This document shows positions 36,656 through 47,242 of a stretch of DNA of 64,000 bases, piece after piece. How positions within the stretch are numbered: position 1 is the first letter of the stretch; every line of letters begins with the position of its first letter. Both the position numbers and the translations under genes were made by a program. The notes under the pieces were generated by a model. The model was not told the origin of the DNA and made no database searches. It saw only the letters and a program-made list of their open reading frames with translations. Source of the stretch: a virus. The stretch spans positions 28,696 through 92,695 of IMG/VR virus record IMGVR_UViG_3300020125_000159; one strand, given 5' to 3'.

Positions 36656-39235
36656 TTATTGTGTTGAAAGTCGCAAGTCGTCTCGCATATCGTCAATGAA
36701 TTTCTGCATGTTGTCAATGAAACGTCTGTCGTCCTCAATTCTAGCTTCTAGGGTCTTTTCATGTTCGCGATTCTCCTCTACCGTATGAACTTCTTTGTTC
36801 CAAGGAGCATGATGTATTTGTGGTTCTTTTTCATGAAGTGTTGCTCCTGCATGATATGCATCCCCTGGAGGAATCATAAGTTCCTGGTCTTGTGTCTTGA
36901 CCTGTTTCTTTTTCTTTACACCTTTCGATTGTTCTGGAGTTGCTGGATTAGTAGTTACCTGGTCTGGTAGTTCTGTCGTTTCCATTTTCTGAGTAGCGTC
37001 TTTGCTGTCTTCGTCTTGTTTTGGTTTCTTCTTCTTGGTAGTGGGAGTATTGCCAACGTCTATGGCACTTGTGTTGTTAGTAGTTGTGACTTGTGCTTGT
37101 CTTACCGAACTTAGAAGCTTGTAATTACAAAATCCGCATGAACCGTAACCATGCTCGTGGATGATTGCTGCTTTCTTCAAGTAGGTCATACACTTATCGT
37201 GTTCGCCTGTGCATTCGCCGTTGATTGTGGCTAATTTTATTCCATAAGCTGGATCTTTTACTACTGCCAAATGCGTACCAGTCCATCTCGTCATTTGTTT
37301 ATCTGGTTCGTTTGCATCCAATTTATACAACTGCGGACTAACATACAAAGGAAGGTTGCCTTCTTTGAACGCTTGCTGCGCATAATCGTCAGTGATTTCA
37401 GCAATTGCGTCATACCTTGAACCCTTTCTTACGACATCTACTATGTTACCAATCCTGAATAGTTCCTGGTATTCTAACTGATGTTGGAGATTGTCGTCAG
37501 CAGAAACAGGGTGGTCGAAATTCTGTTGTAATACTAGGGGCTTACCAATATACGTCCTAATATTTGCGTCTAATGTTTGTGGTGTTACGCCCCATTGATT
37601 TAAATTGACTGAGGAATCCATGAGAAATGCTTTAACGAATAATTTATTGTTTGATTCAAAGGGCTGAATCTGCATGTCAGCGATATATCTGTCGTAGTTT
37701 CCGCTGTAATGCTTGGCAACATATTCACATACACTCTTGGCGTCTTCGTCATTACCATGATCTGCCTCACACATCTGTGCGGAGTATGTTTTGCCGTTTT
37801 TAATCCATGATATACCAACTGATTTTACTGCTAATGATTCACCTTTCTTTAGTAGCTGTGCGCCTTGTGGCGCCCATGATGGACTTTCTGCGTTAGCTGT
37901 AACCTCATCTGGTTCTTCTTGTGACGCAGGTTCGTCCTCACCTGGAGGAAGAGGAGCGTTAGCATATCCAGTTCCGATTAAACCTCTACCCACAGTTTTT
38001 TGAGCTGGATGCATGTGTTTTCGAATATGATCGTTATTATCTAGATTGCTGTCATTTTGACCAGTGTATGTGTCTGGTTGCATGTTATTTGCTTCATCAA
38101 CTCTATTATCACCAAATTGGTCATAAGCAGGACCATCGTTACTTAGATCATGAGTATGGAAATTATCGTCTATACTATTTGGTCCGTGTCCTGTGACTGG
38201 TGAGCCAATCTCTGGACTATCTTCTAATGGGTCATGTTCAACAGTCTCTGCTGTTGGATAGTAAGCTTGTTTAGTTTGATCGTCGTCTAATCCTAAATCT
38301 TTCTCTACATCTTCTAGAAAACCTTCCATCTCTTCAATGAAATCGCCGTCTGAGGTATTATCGTCTACGGAAGCTGGTTCGCTATCGTCTACTATAGCTG
38401 CAGTGTGGGAACCTGTATCACTTCCTTCGACATATTCTCGGTTCTCATATTTGACTGGCTGAAGTTCGTCTTTTTCTTCAATACCACCGTCACCGTTATA
38501 ATTAGCTAAATTGTTACAGAATGAACGTGCATTTTCTTGAGATAAACCATTCTTAACTTGGTCTTCGACGCATTTGTTAATGTCGTCGTCATAATAACTA
38601 AGATCAATCTCTTTAGTATCTGACTTTTCATTATAGTCGGCTTCTGCATCTGAATGCCAATCGATTGCCTCAGTATCAAGATAATCGTCCAATTTGCCTG
38701 GGTCTGTAAATTGGTTTTGCTGTTGTAAGTTACCTCCCTTAAAAGCATCCTGACATTCTTTCATCGCGTCGTCGTCGGATAACGAATCATCCTTCTTCTG
38801 TTTGGCCTTGACGCAATTTTCAATCATTTTTGAAGCTGCGTTCATATCTGGATTCATCATTGTTTCCTCTTCGGTATCGTCTTCTGGTTTCTTCTTTTTC
38901 TTATCAGCACCTGATTTATACCAACTAGGGTTATCATTACCTTTTAATGCATCCCCTTCCTGACTTTCTTCAGTAGGATTATCTTGTGGCTCCTCTTCGT
39001 CGTCATTTTCGCCTGTGATAGCGTCACATATTTTCTGTGCAGTCTCTTCGTCGTGGCCGTATTGTTGGGCCTGGTCTACACAATCATTATAGTCGATTTG
39101 TGCTTGTAATGTCTTACCACCTAATTTACTTTGTAGTGAGCCACATATCTTATCTGCTGACTCGTTTGATTTGCCTTTACTTTTCTGGTCAGAAATACAG
39201 GCCGAGAAGTCCTTGTACGGTCCAAAAGGTACCAT
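36656..39235 (-). CDS. Prohead (maturation) protease with long acidic N-terminal extension
   Basis: NLNQW...GKPL...DHP...IGNI...YVSP...HLAVVKDPAYG protease-fold motifs at about aa 530-670. Confidence 0.8.
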   Translation of the reverse strand: MVPFGPYKDFSACISDQKSKGKSNESADKICGSLQSKLGGKTLQAQIDYNDCVDQAQQYGHDEETAQKICDAITGENDDEEEPQDNPTEESQEGDALKGNDNPSWYKSGADKKKKKPEDDTEEETMMNPDMNAASKMIENCVKAKQKKDDSLSDDDAMKECQDAFKGGNLQQQNQFTDPGKLDDYLDTEAIDWHSDAEADYNEKSDTKEIDLSYYDDDINKCVEDQVKNGLSQENARSFCNNLANYNGDGGIEEKDELQPVKYENREYVEGSDTGSHTAAIVDDSEPASVDDNTSDGDFIEEMEGFLEDVEKDLGLDDDQTKQAYYPTAETVEHDPLEDSPEIGSPVTGHGPNSIDDNFHTHDLSNDGPAYDQFGDNRVDEANNMQPDTYTGQNDSNLDNNDHIRKHMHPAQKTVGRGLIGTGYANAPLPPGEDEPASQEEPDEVTANAESPSWAPQGAQLLKKGESLAVKSVGISWIKNGKTYSAQMCEADHGNDEDAKSVCEYVAKHYSGNYDRYIADMQIQPFESNNKLFVKAFLMDSSVNLNQWGVTPQTLDANIRTYIGKPLVLQQNFDHPVSADDNLQHQLEYQELFRIGNIVDVVRKGSRYDAIAEITDDYAQQAFKEGNLPLYVSPQLYKLDANEPDKQMTRWTGTHLAVVKDPAYGIKLATINGECTGEHDKCMTYLKKAAIIHEHGYGSCGFCNYKLLSSVRQAQVTTTNNTSAIDVGNTPTTKKKKPKQDEDSKDATQKMETTELPDQVTTNPATPEQSKGVKKKKQVKTQDQELMIPPGDAYHAGATLHEKEPQIHHAPWNKEVHTVEENREHEKTLEARIEDDRRFIDNMQKFIDDMRDDLRLSTQ

Positions 39236-39269
39236 TTAATGTGAAGTAAAGAGATACGAGAGGAATAGA

Positions 39270-39276
39270 GAACTAA
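39270..39276 (-). promoter_or_regulatory. Late-gene motif TTAGTTC
   Basis: 35 nt before the protease start. Confidence 0.7.
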
Positions 39277-39619
39277 ACAATTACCGAGTTATCTTATGAA
39301 TTAGTAGGGCCATTTTCTCTTTTACAGCCGCTTGAAGCCTTGTGCCGTACTTAGTCCTACAACCATTACAAAAATAGTGGTTACACACAGAACAATATAG
39401 GACGTTATTAGTAGTGTCGCCACATAAAAAACATGTGGGAATTTCTACGGTTTTAGACAAACTAAATCCGTATACTAGGCTGCATGTATTGTGTCAGGAA
39501 TTGTACTTCTTGTTGGTGGTCGAATACAAATGGCGCTACTGTGAATACTGCGAATAGGAACTTCAGCAGGATCACGATTATGATTAGTGCCACTATGACG
39601 TAAATTAACCACATTAACA

Positions 39620-40159
39620 TTATCTATTATACACCCCTTTCCATTTATTCTGTGCTTCTTGTTCTGCTAACTTTGCAACTCTTGCAGCTTCAGCACGAGT
39701 CCTTTCGTCTTCTGCTAGTTGTGCTACTCTTTCGGCATCTTTCTTTGCCTTTTCTAATTCAGCTTGTCGTTTGATTTCCGACTCTTCTAAATCGTTTCGT
39801 CGCTTGACTTCTAATTGTGGTAGATGTCTATGTTCTCTCCTATCCTTTTGTTCTTTAACCTGTTTTCTTGCTTCTTCGTCGCTTAATGTCGAAACACGGA
39901 CGCCTGCCGATTCAAGTTGAATAGAATACTGTCGTCGACAATGTTTGGCTACATAACTTGTTGCCAAGTTTTTATTATTCTCATCATATAACAACTCCCA
40001 TTCTAGTTTGCGATTACAATCAATACATCCACTATTTGCTATAAAGTCAGATAGGTGGCCCAATAATCCATCATGAAGGACTATTCTACTTTGATGTTCA
40101 CTTAAAATTTCTGCTTCTTCAGAAGTTGGCTTTTCTTCTTCCTTTAATACTGTACTCAA
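39620..40159 (-). CDS. Zn-binding plus coiled-coil protein
   Basis: CIDC...HC; E/K/R/A-rich C-terminus. Confidence 0.55.
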   Translation of the reverse strand: MSTVLKEEEKPTSEEAEILSEHQSRIVLHDGLLGHLSDFIANSGCIDCNRKLEWELLYDENNKNLATSYVAKHCRRQYSIQLESAGVRVSTLSDEEARKQVKEQKDRREHRHLPQLEVKRRNDLEESEIKRQAELEKAKKDAERVAQLAEDERTRAEAARVAKLAEQEAQNKWKGVYNR

Positions 40160-40192
40160 TTCTTTAGGTTTAATGTGATATGGATAAATAGA

Positions 40193-40199
40193 GAACTAA
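40193..40199 (-). promoter_or_regulatory. Late-gene motif TTAGTTC
   Basis: 34 nt before 40159. Confidence 0.7.
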
Positions 40200-40201
40200 A
40201 A

Positions 40202-40474
40202 TTACTTACAAACGCTCGAATTATCTATGCCAATTTTTTTCACGTAATTGCAGAGCCCATTTGCTTTAAGTGTTCCTAGAACTCCCATTTTAGAACCATA
40301 TGTTATGGCTGCTTTTACTCTGCCAGGACTGAGTTTACCACCTTCAGTAACGGGATATTTACCCTGTTTTGGCATGAGGCATGTCTCACCTTTATATTTT
40401 GTTCCTTGACATGGACCTGCTGCATTCATAACTTTAGCATTCTTAGTATTAGTTCTCCCGATAACTTGAACCAT
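40202..40474 (-). CDS. Small head-associated protein (P...KYPV...GRVKAAITY motif)
   Basis: Motif resembles small phage head proteins; late motif upstream. Confidence 0.5.
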   Translation of the reverse strand: MVQVIGRTNTKNAKVMNAAGPCQGTKYKGETCLMPKQGKYPVTEGGKLSPGRVKAAITYGSKMGVLGTLKANGLCNYVKKIGIDNSSVCK

Positions 40475-40508
40475 TATGTTTATATAATATATAGGTATAA
40501 AAAATAGA

Positions 40509-40515
40509 GAACTAA
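40509..40515 (-). promoter_or_regulatory. Late-gene motif TTAGTTC
   Basis: 35 nt before 40474. Confidence 0.7.
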
Positions 40516-40516
40516 A

Positions 40517-40771
40517 TTGATAGTAGTTACAGCATCGGCAATTACGGTCACATTGTTATTAGCGACAACGGTATTCGTAGCACACCCAGCATTCGCCTTA
40601 CAGCATTTCTTTAACTGTATTACGGATATAAGCAACAAAGATGGAGGGGATCATAATCTAACGGCTCAACAAGTCTTAGATTGTTTTAAGAAAGAATTCC
40701 CGTCTAACGATCAATCAGTTTCGTCCTCCTCAACTATAATAGAACATACACATAGTCAAATACTCAGGTAA
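40517..40771 (+). CDS. Small secreted protein with a Cys pair
   Basis: Signal peptide ending AFA; FFNC...LDCF. Confidence 0.55.
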   Translation: MIVVTASAITVTLLLATTVFVAHPAFALQHFFNCITDISNKDGGDHNLTAQQVLDCFKKEFPSNDQSVSSSSTIIEHTHSQILR

Positions 40772-41336
40772 ATTTTTTATCGCGAATCCACTTCGTCGCG
40801 ATGTATTTTTTTTCAGATATGAGTGGCTTACCCTCATGGTACGTAGATTCGTCCCTGGTTCCGTCTTCCTTTAAATTCCACCATACTATTGCCCTGCCAG
40901 CCTTTGGCTTAACTGACAAGTTTAGTTTATGAAAATATGTTTCTCCCCCTTCTTCTACGTCGTTTAGATACATTAGGAAGGTAACTATTCTTTGTCCACC
41001 GCGCTGTAGCTGTGTTCGATTTCCCTCAAACTTATCATCAAAGTCGTCCCAATGGGGTTTGAAATAGCCACCTGGTTGATATCGTACTACCTGAAGCCCT
41101 TCCCCACACTCTATAGCAGTATTAGTATGTACTGCGATCCTCTTCTCGATATTGGCTATCAGTGGATTCTCATGTATCCTAAAGAACATTTGATCACTCT
41201 TTCTAAAGTCGTCTACCTGATATGCTCCAGAGACTGGGTTTACAGTAGTCGAGGATTGTAGTCTATCTGTTGCCATATCTATAAGGTCGTCACATTCATT
41301 TTTAGAAAGGAATGAATCGATTATTTCGTACTTCAT
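40764..41336 (-). CDS. Prolyl 4-hydroxylase-like 2OG-Fe(II) oxygenase
   Basis: FLSKNECDDLI, EGLQVVRY, HWD, GGQRIVTFLMYLNDVEEGGETYF, YHEG, KYIATKW (Lys 2OG ligand typical of P4H). Confidence 0.9.
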   Translation of the reverse strand: MKYEIIDSFLSKNECDDLIDMATDRLQSSTTVNPVSGAYQVDDFRKSDQMFFRIHENPLIANIEKRIAVHTNTAIECGEGLQVVRYQPGGYFKPHWDDFDDKFEGNRTQLQRGGQRIVTFLMYLNDVEEGGETYFHKLNLSVKPKAGRAIVWWNLKEDGTRDESTYHEGKPLISEKKYIATKWIRDKKFT

Positions 41337-42376
41337 GCTGTCGTGTCATCCACACATGTTTGAGTAGTATCATCCCAATGTTGATTTTCAGGGCAGTTAT
41401 CGTCAACGCATTTACCAGTATCTGGATCTGTATGCTGATCTACTGGACATTCTTGGCATTGCTGTTTCTTTTCAGCCCATATTTGACCTTCAGGACACGG
41501 CTCAGTTTGACCTAATCCTAATCCCACTCCTAAAGCCGAGCCAGCTGTCGTTAATGCTAGTCCAGGTAAGAGTGTGTTTAGGTCTGTTCCTCCTCCTCCC
41601 GCTGTCTCTACTATGTCGGTTACGTCTTCGCCTGTCGATATCTCCAAGCGACACCTACAATTATCATGAGTATCATCTGGAGGGACTAGCATGTTTGGAT
41701 CGTCACTATTCCAAGTCATTCCTTCTAATGACATACACAATTGGCATACTCTATCATCTTGTGCAGTGGCCCATGCTATTACGTCAACAGCTTGGGCAGA
41801 CTTTACTCTGGACGTAGGTAATAATCTTAATGCATTAACTTTAACTATTGTGGCCACAGCAATACTCTTCGTTACAATTTTCGTCGCTAGACTAGTAACA
41901 AGATTTGCTAGTGTAAGTGTTGATCTATGCGTAAATCTAGCTTGTTTTAGTATGTTTTGAACCGTATCTTTTTGATGTAATACTGCAAACATTCTACGCC
42001 AAAAGATATTTGTAAATTCATTGGTTAATGTCTTTATCTTTTCAATATCTGTTAGTGTAAGGAACATATGATGAAGTCTTTGTTTTCTTCCGCCCACATA
42101 ATTGATTCCCACAACATAAGCGCTTGTAACTGCTGACCTAATTACATGCTCTACTTCCATAGAATAGTTGCGCTGGATAACCGATATGTCGTTGCTCTGT
42201 TCTGCTGCGATACTGTTAACTAAGTCATTAAGGTGAGATTTAACCTCATCCTCTATTTGTCTGGCCTGCTGTTCTCGTTGCTTAGATACGACATGTCTTA
42301 CCTGATGTTTCTCTCCAACATTTCTAGCTAATTCCCTGAGTTTCTCTCGTTGTTGTTCGGAATAGCTAGATGGCAT
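41333..42376 (-). CDS. MuF/SPP1 gp7-like minor head protein with C-terminal hydrophobic segment and Cys-rich repeats
   Basis: WATAQDDRVCQLC...PPDDTHDNCRC; lies directly after the portal gene. Confidence 0.85.
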   Translation of the reverse strand: MPSSYSEQQREKLRELARNVGEKHQVRHVVSKQREQQARQIEDEVKSHLNDLVNSIAAEQSNDISVIQRNYSMEVEHVIRSAVTSAYVVGINYVGGRKQRLHHMFLTLTDIEKIKTLTNEFTNIFWRRMFAVLHQKDTVQNILKQARFTHRSTLTLANLVTSLATKIVTKSIAVATIVKVNALRLLPTSRVKSAQAVDVIAWATAQDDRVCQLCMSLEGMTWNSDDPNMLVPPDDTHDNCRCRLEISTGEDVTDIVETAGGGGTDLNTLLPGLALTTAGSALGVGLGLGQTEPCPEGQIWAEKKQQCQECPVDQHTDPDTGKCVDDNCPENQHWDDTTQTCVDDTTA

Positions 42377-42383
42377 AAATCAT

Positions 42384-43925
42384 TCATTGACTATTATTGT
42401 CTTGTGGATTTCCTGTTGGTCGTCCATGAGCTTTCTCTGTTGTTGTCAATAATGATTTAGGACTCATAGCTGGATATTGTACAACTCTAGGAGTCGATTG
42501 ACCTACTCCTAGAACCTGTTGAGCGGCAGGCCTATCCTCAGGAGCAAGTGCGCTTATGAACTCTGCCTGTCCCTGATCTATCTTACCCTGTAACTGTTGC
42601 ATTTGGTCTAATACGTCATCAAAACCCAAGATCTCTAAAACTTTTTCGCCAGGCAATAATCCAGCTTCATACAAAGGCAAAACAGCTAACACCTTATCTT
42701 TTAATGTCTCTAATGAAACATCTTCGAAAGCTAGTTTTAATCTGATTGATAAGTCGTCGAATTCTTCAGGACTCATGTTAAGAGCTATTGCAAATAGAGT
42801 GTCGAACCATTGGGTATCAAGCGTATTATTGATCCACGTTCTTTCTTCTTCTACAACACTTTCTTTCCACGCGAGCATGACTTCCTGAAGCGTGGCGAAG
42901 TTCTGAATATCTTCAAATCCTAGTAATGCGGCTGGTACGTTTAGAGTACGTAGTATGAGCTTCTCATTCTCGTTTCTCTCAGTTAGTAACGACGCTAAAT
43001 CTTTCTGTAGTTCGTGTACTTCACAAATCACATCTTGTGAGATCGCAGTCCATTTTCCAGCTTGGAATTGAGATAAGAATGCGCTTACTTCTGCGATGTT
43101 TCTTGTGGTTGGAACTTTGATTAGACCGAAGCCTGCCCACATGCTTTTATTTGTCTCTTTTAGATCCTCCTCATTCATGATCCTGTTAACCTCAGAAACA
43201 TGCTGAATCGGTTCAATGTCTGATAAACCATACCAAACAGTATAAGGTGAAACATGATAGTCCAAATTTGTGAAATAAACTATATCACTTGCGTCTAAGA
43301 AATTATATGGGTCGTTCAAACCTCGACTGTTAGTATTATATTGGATCTGTTGCAACGCCCAAGTGAATTCGTTGATCCTTACCTGTCCTAATAGTTTGGA
43401 GTTTAAAATCTTAATATTAGTTGGAAATCCGCTATAATCGTCTGACTCTACTAGTAGTGCGGACCTACCATAAACCTTAGATTGAATTACAGCCCCTTTT
43501 AGCTTCTGTTGGAATTTCGTTTTTCTCATGACCTTATCTATCTCACTTTTAGCCTTGAGATACTCCTGGTCTCTCATAAAGATATTAATCGCAGCACGAG
43601 CTTCGTTTGGATGTGCAAATGTTTCTATTAGGTCAAATTGAGTCTTCAATTCCTTACCCAATATGAAACTAACCTTACGGTTGATAGCAGCTCTAACTAC
43701 GGGATCGCAACGATACGATTCTTCAAATCTTATTTTCATAGGGAAATTATAGGGGTCGCGTAACATGGCATATGACCCAGCTCCAATATCAGCAGGATTA
43801 ATTGTAGCCGATTTTAGATTTTTTGGTTTTCCATAATTAGGACCATCTATACCTGAAGGAAATCTCTCACCATATAGTCCCTTAGCGAGAAATTGTCCAT
43901 TTTCATCAACAGCAGAACGTGGCAA
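42384..43925 (-). CDS. Portal protein
   Basis: DPVVRAAIN...YGRSALL...DIVYF...YGLSDIE...ILRTLNVPAALLG...NFAT; 513 aa. Confidence 0.9.
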   Translation of the reverse strand: MPRSAVDENGQFLAKGLYGERFPSGIDGPNYGKPKNLKSATINPADIGAGSYAMLRDPYNFPMKIRFEESYRCDPVVRAAINRKVSFILGKELKTQFDLIETFAHPNEARAAINIFMRDQEYLKAKSEIDKVMRKTKFQQKLKGAVIQSKVYGRSALLVESDDYSGFPTNIKILNSKLLGQVRINEFTWALQQIQYNTNSRGLNDPYNFLDASDIVYFTNLDYHVSPYTVWYGLSDIEPIQHVSEVNRIMNEEDLKETNKSMWAGFGLIKVPTTRNIAEVSAFLSQFQAGKWTAISQDVICEVHELQKDLASLLTERNENEKLILRTLNVPAALLGFEDIQNFATLQEVMLAWKESVVEEERTWINNTLDTQWFDTLFAIALNMSPEEFDDLSIRLKLAFEDVSLETLKDKVLAVLPLYEAGLLPGEKVLEILGFDDVLDQMQQLQGKIDQGQAEFISALAPEDRPAAQQVLGVGQSTPRVVQYPAMSPKSLLTTTEKAHGRPTGNPQDNNSQ

Positions 43926-43955
43926 TGTAGAGGTAATGTCTCAGAATACTAGAGA

Positions 43956-43962
43956 GAAGTAA
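43956..43962 (-). promoter_or_regulatory. Late-gene motif TTACTTC
   Basis: 31 nt before the portal start. Confidence 0.65.
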
Positions 43963-44018
43963 TGAAGATCACGAAAACCTTATTAAATAATTAGATAATA
44001 CAGAAGATAGAGGTATTC

Positions 44019-45020
44019 TTGCAGAAAGTAGAACAAATACTATCTGGCTATACCAAGCGAGAGAGGGAGGCCCTGGATGAGTTTTATCGTCAAAAATATA
44101 CATATGCCAAATCAGGGCGCAGTACTAGTAGTAAATCAGTGTTTCTTGTGTCAGATATGCATTGTGGCGCTGTATCCGCTATCATGTGGGAACCAAGAGG
44201 AAATAGAAGACAGAGAAGGAAGCACAGAAAACTTAAAGATTTCTGGATGTCTATGCCTGACCAACTTAAGAATAAGACTCCAACTTGCCTAGTAATAAAT
44301 GGCGAGCCTATTAATGGTCCGTCAAAGAAACAGAATGGCGCTGAGAACTGGACTTCTGATATCAATCTACAATTAGACGACGCTGAACGATTGATAAAAG
44401 CTCTGCCTTACAAAAATATACTACTAACAAGAGGATCTAGCTATCATTCGTCAGATGGTCAGACTAATTGGGAAGAAGATTTAGCTAGAAGACTACCTGA
44501 CGTTATAAAATATGTTGGAATGTTCGGTAATGCATTAGATGAACATCCAGAGGGTAAATCATATTCAAAGATAAATGACAATAATAGACTTGATGGTAAG
44601 GTATACAGCAATCAGCACACAGACTTTTATCTCTGGATTGGTATACAGGATAAAATATTCAGCATAACTCATCATATAGGGTTTAGTCGTTGGCAGCAAT
44701 ATAGGACTACTGGTATCGCATCAGAAATGGCAAACATTGACCATATGAGAGGTAGATATTTTCCTGCGAATATGAATTGCACACAGGTAATTAGGTCTCA
44801 CGTCCACTATCTCGTCCATGTAGAGTATGGATCTCAACATGGAGCAACTACACCCTGCTGGAAGCTACCTGATGGGTTTATGTTCCGTGGTGGAATGGCT
44901 GCTACTAATACACATATCGGAGGATTAGAGATTCTCATAGAGCAGAATGGTAAGGTAGAATACAATAAGATCATGATGGAGAATGAGGATTATCCTAAAT
45001 ACTCAATTGTTTGGCTATGA
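44019..45020 (+). CDS. Calcineurin-like metallophosphoesterase
   Basis: SDMHCG, INGEPING, RGSSYH, THH, RSHVH; TATA box at about 43981-43990 and GAGGT RBS. Confidence 0.8.
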   Translation: MQKVEQILSGYTKREREALDEFYRQKYTYAKSGRSTSSKSVFLVSDMHCGAVSAIMWEPRGNRRQRRKHRKLKDFWMSMPDQLKNKTPTCLVINGEPINGPSKKQNGAENWTSDINLQLDDAERLIKALPYKNILLTRGSSYHSSDGQTNWEEDLARRLPDVIKYVGMFGNALDEHPEGKSYSKINDNNRLDGKVYSNQHTDFYLWIGIQDKIFSITHHIGFSRWQQYRTTGIASEMANIDHMRGRYFPANMNCTQVIRSHVHYLVHVEYGSQHGATTPCWKLPDGFMFRGGMAATNTHIGGLEILIEQNGKVEYNKIMMENEDYPKYSIVWL

Positions 45021-45316
45021 CTAAGAAACACCAAGACGACGACGAGTTCAGGACGTTCACAGTCGACGATAACCTAGAAAGGAGAGTAAAAGATTGGGTC
45101 AAGTTCGCAGAGTTCCGACACATAGGTCCCGTCTGTCATACCTGTGGCAAAGCAACTTATGCGTTTTTTCCAGAAGATACCACAGGATTTTGTTTGCCCT
45201 GTCATAAGTCAAAGAACCCTGAAGCTAAGCATAAGCGAGGCTGGTATGGTCTAGGGGCGAATGCCAAAAATAAACAGAAAGGTAAGAACGTAGCTGAAGG
45301 CGGAGATAAGGAATGA
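45017..45316 (+). CDS. Zn-finger protein
   Basis: CHTC...CLPC; ATGA overlap. Confidence 0.55.
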   Translation: MTKKHQDDDEFRTFTVDDNLERRVKDWVKFAEFRHIGPVCHTCGKATYAFFPEDTTGFCLPCHKSKNPEAKHKRGWYGLGANAKNKQKGKNVAEGGDKE

Positions 45317-45570
45317 AGAATATTACAAAATACATAAACAAGAAATGTGAAGTTAATCTATTCATTACTTATTGGGACGGTCATGTAAAGGGTGAATCAA
45401 TACCGTTCAAGATTAATGATCAATTAGAAATCAATGATTGTACTTCTGGACCGCATAATGTTTTATTATTTACTACTGATGGAGATGGTATAACTAAGGC
45501 TGAAGAGTTTACTTTTGATGGTTTCGACCAAGTAACTATAACATATGCTGATTCTGGGAGTAGGAAATGA
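45313..45570 (+). CDS. Hypothetical protein
   Basis: 85 aa; ATGA overlap. Confidence 0.5.
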   Translation: MKNITKYINKKCEVNLFITYWDGHVKGESIPFKINDQLEINDCTSGPHNVLLFTTDGDGITKAEEFTFDGFDQVTITYADSGSRK

Positions 45571-46199
45571 CTAGCACAGTTTGTGAAGCATGTGGTAAAG
45601 CTGAATCAACAATATTCAAACAACGTAGATGGTGGTGTGAGGATTGTTATGATGTAATTTATAAGAAGTGGCAGAAGTATGGCGGAACTGAGTAAGAAGT
45701 GTCGCTGTGGTGCAATTGCAGACAGATTTGTTGTTGCAGATCATGGTAAGACAACTAGAAGATATCGTTACTGTAGAAGTTGTTTCAATAAAAGATTTTG
45801 TAAGCAGATATGCCAATAAAAGAATCCAAACGGTACTCAGCCCTTTGCGACGATTGTCCACATCTCAAAGCACTACATGACGAAGAGATGGGTTGTGTAA
45901 GGGGGTGCAGTTGCAAATTACTATATCCATGAAAAAACATATCCATAGATACGTAACAATCACTAAATGTATGATTACTGGTCAGACAGGTAGAATTAGT
46001 ATCTGTATGTGTGGGAAGGTAGAATGATTACGCCCCGATGTGGTAGTTGCGGCAGTTATTGCAGACATATATCTAATGATGCATGTCCATGCTTAATCAT
46101 AGGTTGTCGTTTAGAGACTGAGGTATGGGAATGCCTGAATAAAGACTGTCATGAAAAATGGGAATTAGAGGTATAATAATTGTATACTAGGAGAAAGAC

Positions 46200-46436
46200 A
46201 TGAGTACCTTCGAAGCCATGAAGAAATTCGTAAACTCCTCGTCAGGACATAAGGAGTATTTTAATGGGCGGACTGCCGCTTGTCTTTCATGTGCACAACG
46301 ATTTGACTTACCAAATTTAATTATACATATCAACGAAGAGCATACTTTTGTAGATATTATCGAGGGGTTTTGTGAGGCTTCGTTCTACATAGACGATTTA
46401 GAGATGAAAAAACAATTGAGGTATCAAAATAAATGA
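46200..46436 (+). CDS. C2H2-type Zn-finger protein
   Basis: CLSC...HINEEH. Confidence 0.55.
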   Translation: MSTFEAMKKFVNSSSGHKEYFNGRTAACLSCAQRFDLPNLIIHINEEHTFVDIIEGFCEASFYIDDLEMKKQLRYQNK

Positions 46437-46506
46437 CAATTGAACTACAACTATGGTTAATTATTATAATGGTTGGCTTTCTGGTGGGTTGGGAGATAAA
46501 TAAAAA

Positions 46507-46719
46507 ATGACACCTGACGAAGCAGAAGAGATTAGATGTGCCGATTGCTCTGGTCCATTTTTAGAAGGAAAGGTATTCTATCTATTAGGTTCAGTTAGAC
46601 CTAGCCCCACAGTGACGGTAAATGATGAAATAACATATGAGTATGACTCTGGTGATTTATGTCAGGTATGCTATAATTATAAAATGGCTCTACTGAAACA
46701 TCCGACTACCAAAGTCTAA
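46507..46719 (+). CDS. Zn-finger microprotein
   Basis: CADC...CQVC. Confidence 0.55.
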   Translation: MTPDEAEEIRCADCSGPFLEGKVFYLLGSVRPSPTVTVNDEITYEYDSGDLCQVCYNYKMALLKHPTTKV

Positions 46720-47090
46720 ATATTCAATCCAGCCTGTCTCAAATCATTCAAGTCTTCTTCGTTTAGACTTGAGTTAACGCTATCATAATCCATGAAGTGA
46801 CGGCGCTTCTTGTTAACGAATGATTGTGATAGAATAATAGGCCCAGTTCTTCCAGTCACAGGTGCTCTTGATATCAACTTCTTTTCATGCTTTACTTCGT
46901 CTACAGGTTTTAACATACCGCACGAACGACATTCTAGTTTCAAACCCTCGTCTGTGATCTTGAATTTGAGTTTAGTCCTACAAACAAAACACCATTCTTT
47001 ACTATTGCCTTGCTGACTTTGATCGTCCCAAACGTCTATACGAATCTTATCTCTATCTGCTCTAATCTTATCTGCTTCACTCTGTGACAT
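46716..47090 (-). CDS. Zn-ribbon protein
   Basis: CFVC...CRSC. Confidence 0.55.
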   Translation of the reverse strand: MSQSEADKIRADRDKIRIDVWDDQSQQGNSKEWCFVCRTKLKFKITDEGLKLECRSCGMLKPVDEVKHEKKLISRAPVTGRTGPIILSQSFVNKKRRHFMDYDSVNSSLNEEDLNDLRQAGLNI

Positions 47091-47242
47091 AACCTAAAAC
47101 CTCAACAACGTTCCTGAGTAGAGTTTGGCCCCACAAGTCTTACAAAAGTTATCTCCTGGCCCGACATCTGAACTGCATAACTTACATTGTTCAGTTGTTC
47201 TCCCTGTCATATTATAAAAAAGAAAGAGGATAAATTAGTTAA

